DNA of 48,884 nucleotides from a virus (lineage: Duplodnaviria; Caudoviricetes), in the IMG/VR virus record IMGVR_UViG_3300044210_000049, positions 1 through 48,884 of that record; one strand, given 5' to 3'. The notes beneath the pieces are model-generated. The model had not been told where the DNA came from. It searched no databases and was given only the letters and a program-made list of their open reading frames with translations. This document shows, piece by piece, positions 1-8,150 of the stretch (within the stretch, counting starts at the first letter, position 1; each line of letters opens with the position of its first letter). The translations under genes were made by a program, and so were the position numbers.

Positions 1-127
1 GTATGCCCGCGCCTATGCTTTCCCGCATTTTGTCATACGGTTGTTAGAGGCTGTAACCGTGCGCTCTCCTGATTCTGCGCGGAAATTTTACCAGCCACTA
101 AACGGATCAACTTTTCCAAGGTGTTCT
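1..127. repeat. Terminal direct repeat, copy 1 (circular assembly overlap)
   Basis: Identical to 48758-48884; cuts through a cassette and the ORF 33..368. Confidence 0.95.
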
Positions 128-368
128 TAGGACTATTTTCACCAGGGCCATTTTCAGCAATCATACATTCTTCGACCTCCGGATTTTCGTCAGGGTCAGC
201 ACCTTCCGGATAAGAATAAAAGACAACTTTTGAATAATCATGAGGCATACATTCACAAGTTAATACTTGCCCTTTTGACAGTTCGACAACTTCGTCAGAA
301 AGCTCAACTGATGTTTCTTCTTTGCTGCCATGTGGATGAACGAACTGAATTAACTTGACTATACCCAC
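33..368 (-). CDS. Cassette A hypothetical protein
   Basis: 111 aa ORF, GTG start with AGGAGG RBS, stop falls inside the attC-like site. Confidence 0.8.
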   Translation of the reverse strand: MGIVKLIQFVHPHGSKEETSVELSDEVVELSKGQVLTCECMPHDYSKVVFYSYPEGADPDENPEVEECMIAENGPGENSPKNTLEKLIRLVAGKISAQNQESARLQPLTTV

Positions 369-420
369 TGCTACCTCCTTTATTTTTCCGCGCCTATTTA
401 TATGGCCGCACGGTTATTGC

Positions 421-566
421 CTCTAACGTTTCACAAAGCGCGAAGTTGCCGCGCCCACCTTGATACAACAGAAAGATTCATTGGAGCACTGCCGTTTTTG
501 ACGGTGACAATCTCACGCTCCATGGCTGCGGCAATTTGGGCGATAGCCGCGCTTTGTGTGTTGGCT
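421..566 (-). other. attC-like site of cassette B (long, with coding loop)
   Basis: ctctAAC-gttt-cacaaagcgcg ... cgcgctttgtg-t-GTTggct. Confidence 0.8.
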
Positions 567-778
567 GACGTTTTGCCAGCTACAATAATTTTCTTTCGGC
601 TGGCGATTTTGTGAAGCTCCAATGTAGCAACGGCGGCGGCCTTGTAACACACACGCTGAAGCACCTTGTCGTCAGGACGGCACGTTTTGCGGAACGCATC
701 ACCCATATCATCCCAAACCGCCTCCTCCACCGTTACGAAAAACTCAGGATACCGTTTGCGAACATCTGATACTCTCAT
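431..778 (-). CDS. Cassette B hypothetical protein, C-terminus encoded in the attC loop
   Basis: 115 aa ORF with GAGGAGG RBS. Confidence 0.8.
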   Translation of the reverse strand: MRVSDVRKRYPEFFVTVEEAVWDDMGDAFRKTCRPDDKVLQRVCYKAAAVATLELHKIASRKKIIVAGKTSANTQSAAIAQIAAAMEREIVTVKNGSAPMNLSVVSRWARQLRAL

Positions 779-837
779 CTTTTCCTCCTCGCCAGCCGAA
801 CTATAAATTCAAAGCTGGCAAAATGTGTGAAACGAAC

Positions 838-985
838 AGCCAACGGTTGACCAATGGCGACGTTACCGCCCTATATTATGCCACGCACAGAACACGGATG
901 TAGGTTCTGCATCGTCGTAACAACCAGTGATGAGGCATCTGGGCGGTAATGTGGCTTCAGCCCCTGCGCCATTGGTTTGTTGTGG
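838..985 (-). other. attC-like site of cassette C (long, with coding loop)
   Basis: agccAAC-ggttg-accaatggcg ... cgccattggt-tt-GTTgtgg. Confidence 0.8.
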
Positions 986-1072
986 GATGTGCTGCGCTGA
1001 CTCCTTAGTGTCCTGCGCGGCCTCTCCCATATCGAGAATAACGTCACGATCATCCTCACAATATTCGTCCAT
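863..1072 (-). CDS. Cassette C small protein with Cys/His tail
   Basis: 69 aa, GGAGG RBS; tail CLITGC...FCAWH lies in the attC loop. Confidence 0.7.
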   Translation of the reverse strand: MDEYCEDDRDVILDMGEAAQDTKESAQHIPQQTNGAGAEATLPPRCLITGCYDDAEPTSVFCAWHNIGR

Positions 1073-1128
1073 GATGAACCTCCGATTTAAGTGCCGTGCC
1101 TATCTGTAAAGACTCAGCGCAGCATTTC

Positions 1129-1190
1129 GTACAACGTTTCACGCACGTGCGATGCGCGGCTTTGCGCGTTTTGCACTGCGTGTGTTGTGC
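1129..1190 (-). other. attC-like site of cassette D
   Basis: gtacAAC-gttt-cacgcacgtgc ... gcactgcgtg-t-GTTgtgc. Confidence 0.85.
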
Positions 1191-1390
1191 GATGATTTTG
1201 CCACCTCCACGTTTTCAGATGGCGGCATTGGTAGTGACACCACCGTATACCCTTCGTCAGTTACAATACTCATAAAGCCAAAATCAAAGCGATACCCTAC
1301 CGTAAATAGAGGGTGTTCCGATACAACAACGCGCATGGCTTTGTTATACGGCGAACTTTCTGGAACCCACTGAACTACTATTGTCTTCAT
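1139..1390 (-). CDS. Cassette D hypothetical protein
   Basis: 83 aa, AGGAGG RBS. Confidence 0.8.
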   Translation of the reverse strand: MKTIVVQWVPESSPYNKAMRVVVSEHPLFTVGYRFDFGFMSIVTDEGYTVVSLPMPPSENVEVAKSSHNTRSAKRAKPRIARA

Positions 1391-1426
1391 GCCGCCCTCC
1401 TATAAATTCAAAGTGGCAAAATTTTC

Positions 1427-1501
1427 GCACAACGTGTTAGTATGGTGCTGTGGTACAACCGCATTGATGCCTAACCCATTGCATCCATACGGTTGTTGGT
1501 G
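1427..1501 (-). other. attC-like site of cassette E
   Basis: gcacAAC-gtgtta-gtatggtgc ... gcatccatac-ggtt-GTTggtg; 1436-1498 is identical to 48015-48077. Confidence 0.85.
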
Positions 1502-1538
1502 GCCTGTAAATCAAGCCTCCATAATTTCCTCCCAGGCG

Positions 1539-1901
1539 TTAAAACTGCCCCTCACCGAAACGGTCACCCCGATCATCGTCATAATCGTATTGTCTTGCGG
1601 CGGTAAATTCCGCATCTTCCAGCGCCTTGACTGTACCTTTTTGACGAGATGTCCAGTCGTCGGGAGAAAGTTTTTTTATTTCTTCAACTTCCATTCGAAG
1701 CGAAGGAAGCGAGCACTCGGCATTACTTCGTTTAGCGGCTTCGGACTTTGCAATCTTGTACTGCCGTACCGCTTCGTCTGCAAGGCGCTGCGCGGCCTTC
1801 CGCATTTCGTTTACCGCCGCCGGGGTTGATGCTTCGTTGGAGAGAGATACTTCAAAATGGCAGTAATCGAACGATAACATTATTTTTACGCTTGCACTCA
1901 T
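1539..1901 (-). CDS. Cassette E hypothetical protein (first cassette)
   Basis: 120 aa ORF with AAGGA RBS. Confidence 0.8.
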   Translation of the reverse strand: MSASVKIMLSFDYCHFEVSLSNEASTPAAVNEMRKAAQRLADEAVRQYKIAKSEAAKRSNAECSLPSLRMEVEEIKKLSPDDWTSRQKGTVKALEDAEFTAARQYDYDDDRGDRFGEGQF

Positions 1902-1956
1902 AGAATTTTCCTTTTGTGGTCGCCTGGGCTATTTATACCCAAGCTTGGTTTATGGA

Positions 1957-1991
1957 CACCAACTATTATTGTATGAAATAGCTAATTCAAG
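1957..1991 (-). other. Candidate attI-like primary insertion site
   Basis: caccAAC core closes the arm of cassette E and is followed by tattatt-gtatg (like the AAC-N6-gtatg half-site of the A, E, G and J sites), with no palindromic partner; the array ends here. Confidence 0.5.
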
Positions 1992-2207
1992 CTATTTGTA
2001 AAACTCAGGATATAACTTCCTGAATTTTAATCCTCTACGATCAAACTCATTTAGCACTGCCTGTGTAACAAAGTAATTAAGGCTACCAGTATTTTTTAAT
2101 CGGCATCCCATTTTAATCGATTGGGCTTTTGCCGCTTCTATAATACATGGAGAAAGAACCACTGTTGTAGGTATTGGTTTGTGATATTCTTTGTTGTTGT
2201 TTTTCAT
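1992..2207 (-). CDS. Small hypothetical protein upstream of the array, possibly a DNA-binding protein
   Basis: 71 aa basic ORF; strand-helix-helix-like pattern (inference). Confidence 0.6.
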   Translation of the reverse strand: MKNNNKEYHKPIPTTVVLSPCIIEAAKAQSIKMGCRLKNTGSLNYFVTQAVLNEFDRRGLKFRKLYPEFYK

Positions 2208-2213
2208 ATACGT

Positions 2214-2246
2214 ATAATATAATACATAATTCGTAATGTGTGTAAA
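2214..2246 (-). promoter_or_regulatory. Putative sigma70-type promoter reading toward the cassette array
   Basis: Minus strand TTTACA-16 nt-TATTAT in an AT-rich intergenic stretch. Confidence 0.4.
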
Positions 2247-2422
2247 TTATTTTAAATTATTTTCATTATCCGTATTTATAATTTTCACATCCGGAACTTT
2301 TTTTCTCTTTCTGCAATCGCTATGCTGTTCGTAAAAATCCTTTATTACCTTTTCAGCAAAATTTAAAGGCACGTCTTGCATATCTCTGAATCCTTTGCAT
2401 GAACATTTAATTTTTATAGTTA

Positions 2423-3190
2423 TCATATGATGTTTTTTTCTCTTTCTGTTAAAACCACCCCTGCCAATTTTTCGTATGCCTGCAAGTCCTTTTTTATATA
2501 AAACGATTTGTGATTATCTCTCATAAGTAAAACTACGTGCTGCAAAAATTTAGGCCAATCGACTTCGCTTTGCGTATGATTCAATTTACCTATCTTGTAG
2601 TGGTCGGTATATGCCAATGAATCCATGATGATACGGATAGATTCCTGATGGTCTATGACCGGCTCGATGCTTGCCCATGTCGAAATTCCTAAATTATGGA
2701 AGACCTTAAGCATATCAATTCTGCTTAATGGAACCGCTGCGTACGGTTCGTATTGAACAGCTCTATCAAGAGATTTAAAGGTTAGCGTTGCTCCAACTTT
2801 TATTCTATCTCCAAAATTACGTATTTGATTAATACATGAAAGCGCTCTAATACCGCCCTTGGTAAGTATGGATACTCTGCACCCAAAACCAAACAACAAT
2901 TCCAGTGCTTCTGCGGTAATATTATCGTAATTTGATTCGAATTGAGAAGGGAATGGATCTCCGATAAATGACAAGAAAATTTCTTTACCTTTATATTCGC
3001 CGGTTTTTAGGTCTTTATATAAACGATCAATAGCATTCTTCTTAGCTATTGCCGGTTGAAAAAATTCCTCCTTAGGTTTGTACATGTTACAATATCCATA
3101 TGTACATCCATGAGGACATGTTTCGTATAGATTCAACGCGTATTCCCCGTACTCTTTTGCTCGCCCCTTGGGCTTGTAGATGATGCTCAT
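2423..3190 (-). CDS. Radical SAM protein (spore photoproduct lyase-like)
   Basis: IIYKPKGRAKEY...LNLYETCPHGCTYGYC, GDPF, ILTKG, WASIEP motifs. Confidence 0.85.
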   Translation of the reverse strand: MSIIYKPKGRAKEYGEYALNLYETCPHGCTYGYCNMYKPKEEFFQPAIAKKNAIDRLYKDLKTGEYKGKEIFLSFIGDPFPSQFESNYDNITAEALELLFGFGCRVSILTKGGIRALSCINQIRNFGDRIKVGATLTFKSLDRAVQYEPYAAVPLSRIDMLKVFHNLGISTWASIEPVIDHQESIRIIMDSLAYTDHYKIGKLNHTQSEVDWPKFLQHVVLLMRDNHKSFYIKKDLQAYEKLAGVVLTEREKNII

Positions 3191-3522
3191 TGGTATATTA
3201 CCTTCCCAATAGTTTCAATTATCTTTTTCATTTTATCCAATGATATTTTTTTCGGTGAAACGTATCGGTCAAAAAAATTTCGCAATATGGAAGAACATTC
3301 ATTCCATTCTTTTTCATCAATTATTTCCTGTTTGGAAAGATAAAAATGCGATCCTTCATTTCCATATTGCGTAACCTTTCGGAGGGATTCGATGTAAAAT
3401 TTTCTCCTTGAGTAATAATTTTTTAAAGTAAAATATTTTCTTCCTACTTTATTAATTTCAACTTCAATAATTTCTCCGTCTTTATCCTGATATAATTTTT
3501 GTCCGGATTTGAGTTTGTTCAT
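3187..3522 (-). CDS. Hypothetical phage protein (small beta-barrel-like)
   Basis: 111 aa, KVGRKYF motif, overlapping stop/start. Confidence 0.7.
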   Translation of the reverse strand: MNKLKSGQKLYQDKDGEIIEVEINKVGRKYFTLKNYYSRRKFYIESLRKVTQYGNEGSHFYLSKQEIIDEKEWNECSSILRNFFDRYVSPKKISLDKMKKIIETIGKVIYQ

Positions 3523-3916
3523 TTTTATTATCCCTCCTTAATTTCAGTGCCTGTTTAATTTCATCAAAGTTTATTTTACCTGGTTGATAACGCAATATCC
3601 TATATCCGAGAAGTGTAGCCGCATTGTATTTTTGCATATCTCCAATATAGCCGGCTCCTTGCACGTGTCTTCCTTTAGAAAATATTCCACCTTCAATCTC
3701 AATAGCCAGTTTATTTTCAGGATAACAAAAATCGAAACGCCATTTTCTTGTAGGATGAAATTTGTATTCAGCACAAGGAATTGGCAACCCATTTATTTTC
3801 CAAAAATATGCAGGAACAGAAGAATATTTTTTGCTCTTTTTATTTACCGGATATACTTGAATCGGGTCTTTCATGTAATTTTTGAATTGTTCTATTGTCC
3901 AGTGAGTTTTTTTCAT
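3482..3916 (-). CDS. PD-(D/E)XK endonuclease (DUF559/Vsr-like)
   Basis: EYKFHPTRKWRFDF...AIEIEGG...DMQKYNAA. Confidence 0.85.
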   Translation of the reverse strand: MKKTHWTIEQFKNYMKDPIQVYPVNKKSKKYSSVPAYFWKINGLPIPCAEYKFHPTRKWRFDFCYPENKLAIEIEGGIFSKGRHVQGAGYIGDMQKYNAATLLGYRILRYQPGKINFDEIKQALKLRRDNKNEQTQIRTKIISG

Positions 3917-4110
3917 TGTTCAATCTCTTTAATAACTTTTATCGCTGCGTATAAATAGTTTATTAATTCTTTTTTGCTTCTCCGTTTTATTAAATCAAGT
4001 TCAACCATTAATCTCCCATCTGACATATTTTTAATTATTGCCATTGATGGAGCAACGGAATAATATTTTTTTTCAATCTCTAAAGGTTCAAATTGCTTTA
4101 TTTTTTTCAT
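3913..4110 (-). CDS. Hypothetical protein
   Basis: 65 aa, RBS, translationally coupled. Confidence 0.6.
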   Translation of the reverse strand: MKKIKQFEPLEIEKKYYSVAPSMAIIKNMSDGRLMVELDLIKRRSKKELINYLYAAIKVIKEIEQ

Positions 4111-4366
4111 CCTTCTTTCCTTTCTTTATCTCTTTGCATTTAGGACAACCATCCCATTTAGGAATACATTCGGTTTTTATTTCGTTGTGATTTCCATGGT
4201 GATTGCATGAAGAATTACATTTTCTATTTTTTGGACACACCATCTTTATTTTCATACTTTTTCCTTTTCTTTACTTCCTGATATGGACAACTATATTTCC
4301 ATTTATTATTCCTAAGTTGGCACGGATCAAATGGTGTGCAATTCGGATAATGAGGGCATGTAGGCA

Positions 4367-4684
4367 TTAATTTACATACTCTATTGTGAAAAGTTGTCCT
4401 ATTGCACCATTATAAAATTTGGCTTTTTCAGAAGTCCATCTCCGAACAGTTGTAAATGGAATTAAATCATTTCCAAGAAAAACAAGGCATAAAAGTTTTA
4501 CATCTGGAAGTAAATAATAAAAATATCCTTTTTCTCCGTCCTTTCCATGTTCCAAATAATATCGAGTATCGTAAAATATAAATTCATTGCATAGCTCTTT
4601 CTTTTCACGAATTTCAACTCTTAAAAGAATTTCCGTCCGCTGTTCGTGCAACTTAGGATAATGATGAGAGAATTTTATTCTCAT
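4367..4684 (-). CDS. Hypothetical phage protein
   Basis: 105 aa ORF with RBS. Confidence 0.7.
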   Translation of the reverse strand: MRIKFSHHYPKLHEQRTEILLRVEIREKKELCNEFIFYDTRYYLEHGKDGEKGYFYYLLPDVKLLCLVFLGNDLIPFTTVRRWTSEKAKFYNGAIGQLFTIEYVN

Positions 4685-4840
4685 TATTTAACCTTTCTTT
4701 TTTTATTACGTTTTAAACATTTTTCACAAATCGGATATCCGCATTCAAAACCGCCATTGTAATCATCATAAACAATGTCTTTGTTACCTTCTTTTCCGAC
4801 AAATTTTCCGCATTTACAACAGTTTATTCCGGTCATTTAT

Positions 4841-5320
4841 TTATCCTTCTTTTAATACTTCAATTGCTTCCCTTATTGTCGCCGCCATTGGCCTTCTTTT
4901 CAAATCATCCATTTCGTCGGCGCATATTTCGAGTCTGTAGCACAGAGCTTTATTGTATGTTATTTTATCGTTATTTTCAGCATCGGAATAAATTTTTTTC
5001 ATCAAATCGTATGTCTTAGGAGCAGACTTTTTAGAATGGTTGTCAGTTAACCATTCCGGAACTTCTTCCATAAAACATTTTTCAAGCTCATACCAATGTT
5101 CGATTAACGCTTTCCAATATTTGTCTATAGAGCGCATTTCCGAAAGCCTTGGCCGTATTTCAGGAACTGCTATCAATAATTTTAAACACCGTTTAAAATC
5201 TGCTGGATCATACGGATGAGGATATACGTTATACATTTGTCCAGCCATAAAAAAAGCTATTGACTTAGAAGATTCTCCGGTCTCACCTGTAGCCAACCAA
5301 TTTAATATTTTTTTTATCAT
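4841..5320 (-). CDS. Hypothetical phage protein
   Basis: 159 aa, WLATGETGESS...PYDPADFKRC, GGAGG RBS. Confidence 0.8.
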   Translation of the reverse strand: MIKKILNWLATGETGESSKSIAFFMAGQMYNVYPHPYDPADFKRCLKLLIAVPEIRPRLSEMRSIDKYWKALIEHWYELEKCFMEEVPEWLTDNHSKKSAPKTYDLMKKIYSDAENNDKITYNKALCYRLEICADEMDDLKRRPMAATIREAIEVLKEG

Positions 5321-5466
5321 TTCTTCCTCCTTTGATCTTTACATGGTTTACAGACAATGCCGGGATATTCCTTCGCTCCGCAATCGCGCTCTTTGTGTCC
5401 GGCAGTGGCATGATAGCACTTGGAACGCGCGACACAGGATTTATTTTTACATGCCTGCTTGGTCAT
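5317..5466 (-). CDS. Small Cys-rich protein
   Basis: MTKQACKNKSC...CKPC, coupled to neighbours. Confidence 0.5.
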   Translation of the reverse strand: MTKQACKNKSCVARSKCYHATAGHKERDCGAKEYPGIVCKPCKDQRRKK

Positions 5467-5467
5467 T

Positions 5468-5662
5468 TTAGTCTTCTTGAATAATCCAACTGCCATCATA
5501 GTTTAATTTTATATGCCCTGGTATGCAATTATGATTTGGACATTCTCCTGGCATAAGATCTTCCAATTTACAACCGCAATCATCAAAGCATAATCCGTCA
5601 TAACCATGCGATAATAAATATTCATAAACTATTTTTTTAACTGTTATTTCTTCAGCACTCAC
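5468..5662 (-). CDS. Small Cys-rich protein
   Basis: 64 aa, GYDGLC..CGC, GGAGG RBS. Confidence 0.7.
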   Translation of the reverse strand: MSAEEITVKKIVYEYLLSHGYDGLCFDDCGCKLEDLMPGECPNHNCIPGHIKLNYDGSWIIQED

Positions 5663-5832
5663 TTTACACCTCCAATTTAGGACAATTATCAGGCAAGGAT
5701 GTTCCCTCAGAATCGCATATTACCGCATCATCCAAATCGCATCGGCAATCACAATTCAAAGGACAATCCCGGCTTTGCATTACTTCAACTTCGACTATTA
5801 TTTTTCTTTGTTCAGACATTTAATGCCTCTAT

Positions 5833-6063
5833 TTAATTTTTTATTTTTTTTGTTTTAAAAACATCAAAAACACTTACTTTGTGAGATAATATTTTAGCGC
5901 TTCTTTCATTTCTTCCACAATTTAAAAATATTTCAGTCAATTCCATATCTCCTAATTCTCCCCGTGATATTCTTTGCGCCGTTAAATATCCGCATTCGGT
6001 ATTGCGATCTAATCTCCATGCAAGATGACATTTTTGGTCGTATGTCAATTCTGATAGTTTCAT
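5833..6063 (-). CDS. Hypothetical protein
   Basis: 76 aa, GAGG RBS. Confidence 0.65.
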   Translation of the reverse strand: MKLSELTYDQKCHLAWRLDRNTECGYLTAQRISRGELGDMELTEIFLNCGRNERSAKILSHKVSVFDVFKTKKIKN

Positions 6064-6065
6064 AT

Positions 6066-6716
6066 TTACAACACCTCAGAGAGTTTTTCAGGATTCCCAG
6101 ATATTCTTTTTTGCTTTTGTCCTTTATTTTCAATTTGATGTGAGAAACCAGCATTTATCCATTCAATTTTTTTAGGTTTTATTGATTCGTTATAACAAAT
6201 TTTCATTCTTTCGTTCCAGGTGCTTTGATTTTTATCTCTATTACCTATAGCAAAATTACCTTCTAATGGCCCCGCACTTTCACCGCAGGATACCGCCGCA
6301 TCATATGCCTCCATAAATTTTGTCTCCATAAATTTCCATTGCCCGGAATTTCCCCAAGAACAAACTTCAGGCCATCCGCCAAAACGATTTATAACGGCAT
6401 GCAAAGCCGGATCGTCAAAATCGACACTGCTCCAAGCCCCTAACTTCTCTACTGCATTTTTAACCGCAGTTACGGCGGCTTGCGCACGATTTTCGCCTGA
6501 TAGACCGACAGAAGAAAGAAAATTAGCAATAAGAGGAAACGGATTTTGAGAAGTTGGCCGGTAATTATCCATTAAATTGGACACCATGTTTAAAAAAACT
6601 TTATTTGGAAAACTTTGTAATCGACTCCAATAAATACCCATTACTTCTTTTTCAAGAATTTTCCCATAATATTTTTGCATTGGCATAAAAGCTGTTAAAA
6701 ATTCTTTATGCGTCAT
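6066..6716 (-). CDS. Replication-associated protein (DUF6475-like)
   Basis: SVDFDDPALHAVINRFGGW; follows the initiator. Confidence 0.75.
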   Translation of the reverse strand: MTHKEFLTAFMPMQKYYGKILEKEVMGIYWSRLQSFPNKVFLNMVSNLMDNYRPTSQNPFPLIANFLSSVGLSGENRAQAAVTAVKNAVEKLGAWSSVDFDDPALHAVINRFGGWPEVCSWGNSGQWKFMETKFMEAYDAAVSCGESAGPLEGNFAIGNRDKNQSTWNERMKICYNESIKPKKIEWINAGFSHQIENKGQKQKRISGNPEKLSEVL

Positions 6717-7554
6717 TCTTATGGTCCTCCATAAATTCCCGCGCTTGATTTATTAATGCTTCATTTGAAACTTCTTGCCGTCCGAATTTTTGATATGGAT
6801 GAGGGTTTATTGTGTTTCTTTCTTTCCATACCTTACTTTTGTCGATATTTTTTATTAATGTCATTTTCATATTGGGATTGTAATTTTGTTTTCCTCTCGC
6901 TAATTTTTTCTTATATTCCCATCCTGCGAGGCGTCCCCAATATTCAAAAATTCCTTTTCGAATAGATTTTCCTATATCTAATCCCGGATGCATTGATTCC
7001 AATTTTTTACGCAATTCTTCATCTTTCGCTATCTCTCTAAATGCTAAAATTATAAGTTTATAATATTCCCAAAATCTTAATTTCCAATTATTTACATTTT
7101 TCTCCGAAGTATCACCGAAATCCTTTACTTTACTTTCCTTTAATTTATCTTTAATTTGCTTTGGTATTTTAATTCTTTCTTTGGTACTTTCTTTGCTATC
7201 ATAATAACGCTTAAGAGCCGCACCACGTTCGTAAGATACCTCTTTAATTCTTTTTTGAATTCCGTTAGAGGTATATATTCCAGGTTCGATTTCTTTTATT
7301 AATTTAATATCTAAGGCCATTTTTATTATTTCATTTTGTTTTTCGGGTGTATTTCGGCTATCCTTCGCCAATACTTCGCCGAAGTATTTATTTATATTAA
7401 CTCTACCAAATTCATCACGATATGCGGATTGCCAAAATGTTATTATCCATGAAAGTCCATCGTTTCCATAAATTGAAAGCAATGCTTTTATTTTTTCATC
7501 CCATTGAGTATCTAATGGAAAATAATCAAGCCCTATTTTTTTAGGACGGCTCAT
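6706..7554 (-). CDS. Replication initiator (DUF4373/Lin1244-like N-terminus)
   Basis: MSRPKKIGLDYFPLD...YG..G...TSNGIQKR. Confidence 0.8.
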   Translation of the reverse strand: MSRPKKIGLDYFPLDTQWDEKIKALLSIYGNDGLSWIITFWQSAYRDEFGRVNINKYFGEVLAKDSRNTPEKQNEIIKMALDIKLIKEIEPGIYTSNGIQKRIKEVSYERGAALKRYYDSKESTKERIKIPKQIKDKLKESKVKDFGDTSEKNVNNWKLRFWEYYKLIILAFREIAKDEELRKKLESMHPGLDIGKSIRKGIFEYWGRLAGWEYKKKLARGKQNYNPNMKMTLIKNIDKSKVWKERNTINPHPYQKFGRQEVSNEALINQAREFMEDHKNDA

Positions 7555-7997
7555 TTTTTACTCAAATATTCAAAATATGAATCAAGAAGTTTTTTTTGCA
7601 TTTCTTCTGATGATAAAAACCATTTTAAACTTGATGATACTACTTCGGACAAATGTAAAAATTTAAAATTAAAAAATCCTTCTGCTAACTCAAAAATATC
7701 ACTACTTAAAAATCCTGCTTTCTTAAGCATATATAATAAAAGTTGTTCATGTTCTTGACGTGAATCTTTTTCCTCTTCATGGCATATTTCACAAAGCGTA
7801 ATAAGTACTTCGTTTGGATATTCCCATGGAGAAAGCCATTTGCCATCTTTTGTATTATTGTAATAAAGATGGTGAATATGGAGAGTATTTTTTTTGTTTC
7901 CGCATTTTATACAAGAAAAACCATCTCTTTCAAGAATTTCCAGTCTTTTTTTCTGCCATCGAGGATCTTTGTACTTTTCGAAAAATTCTTTATTCAT
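7551..7997 (-). CDS. HNH endonuclease
   Basis: KDPRWQKKRLEILERD..CxxC..LHIHH..ITLCEICH. Confidence 0.9.
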   Translation of the reverse strand: MNKEFFEKYKDPRWQKKRLEILERDGFSCIKCGNKKNTLHIHHLYYNNTKDGKWLSPWEYPNEVLITLCEICHEEEKDSRQEHEQLLLYMLKKAGFLSSDIFELAEGFFNFKFLHLSEVVSSSLKWFLSSEEMQKKLLDSYFEYLSKK

Positions 7998-8150
7998 GAT
8001 AATAAAAAAACCCTTGGCGGTTCCCGTGGTTGATCGGCAAAGATGCCACGGGAACACGGAATAGAGATTCCGTTGCCTTGGGATGATTACAATTTTAAAA
8101 AAATGATTTTGCCGATCATGCTAACAAAATAACCCTTTTGCTTATGAAAG

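Larger units (their letters stand above)
1..1962 (-). mobile_element. Integron-like gene cassette array, proximal part (cassettes E 1433-1962, D 1135-1432, C 844-1134, B 427-843, A 48736-join-426)
   Basis: Co-oriented small ORFs separated by AAC...GTT imperfect hairpins; each cassette has its own complementary end arms. Confidence 0.85.

Noticed and set aside
385-427. Arms as transposon/MITE terminal inverted repeats or a ribozyme
   Set aside because: Arm sequences differ per cassette, I see no target duplications or transposase, and no hammerhead-type core is present.
421-1501. Hairpins as simple rho-independent terminators
   Set aside because: There are no U-tracts on the coding strand, ORFs run through them, and they carry AAC/GTT cores with non-coding-strand wobble bias.
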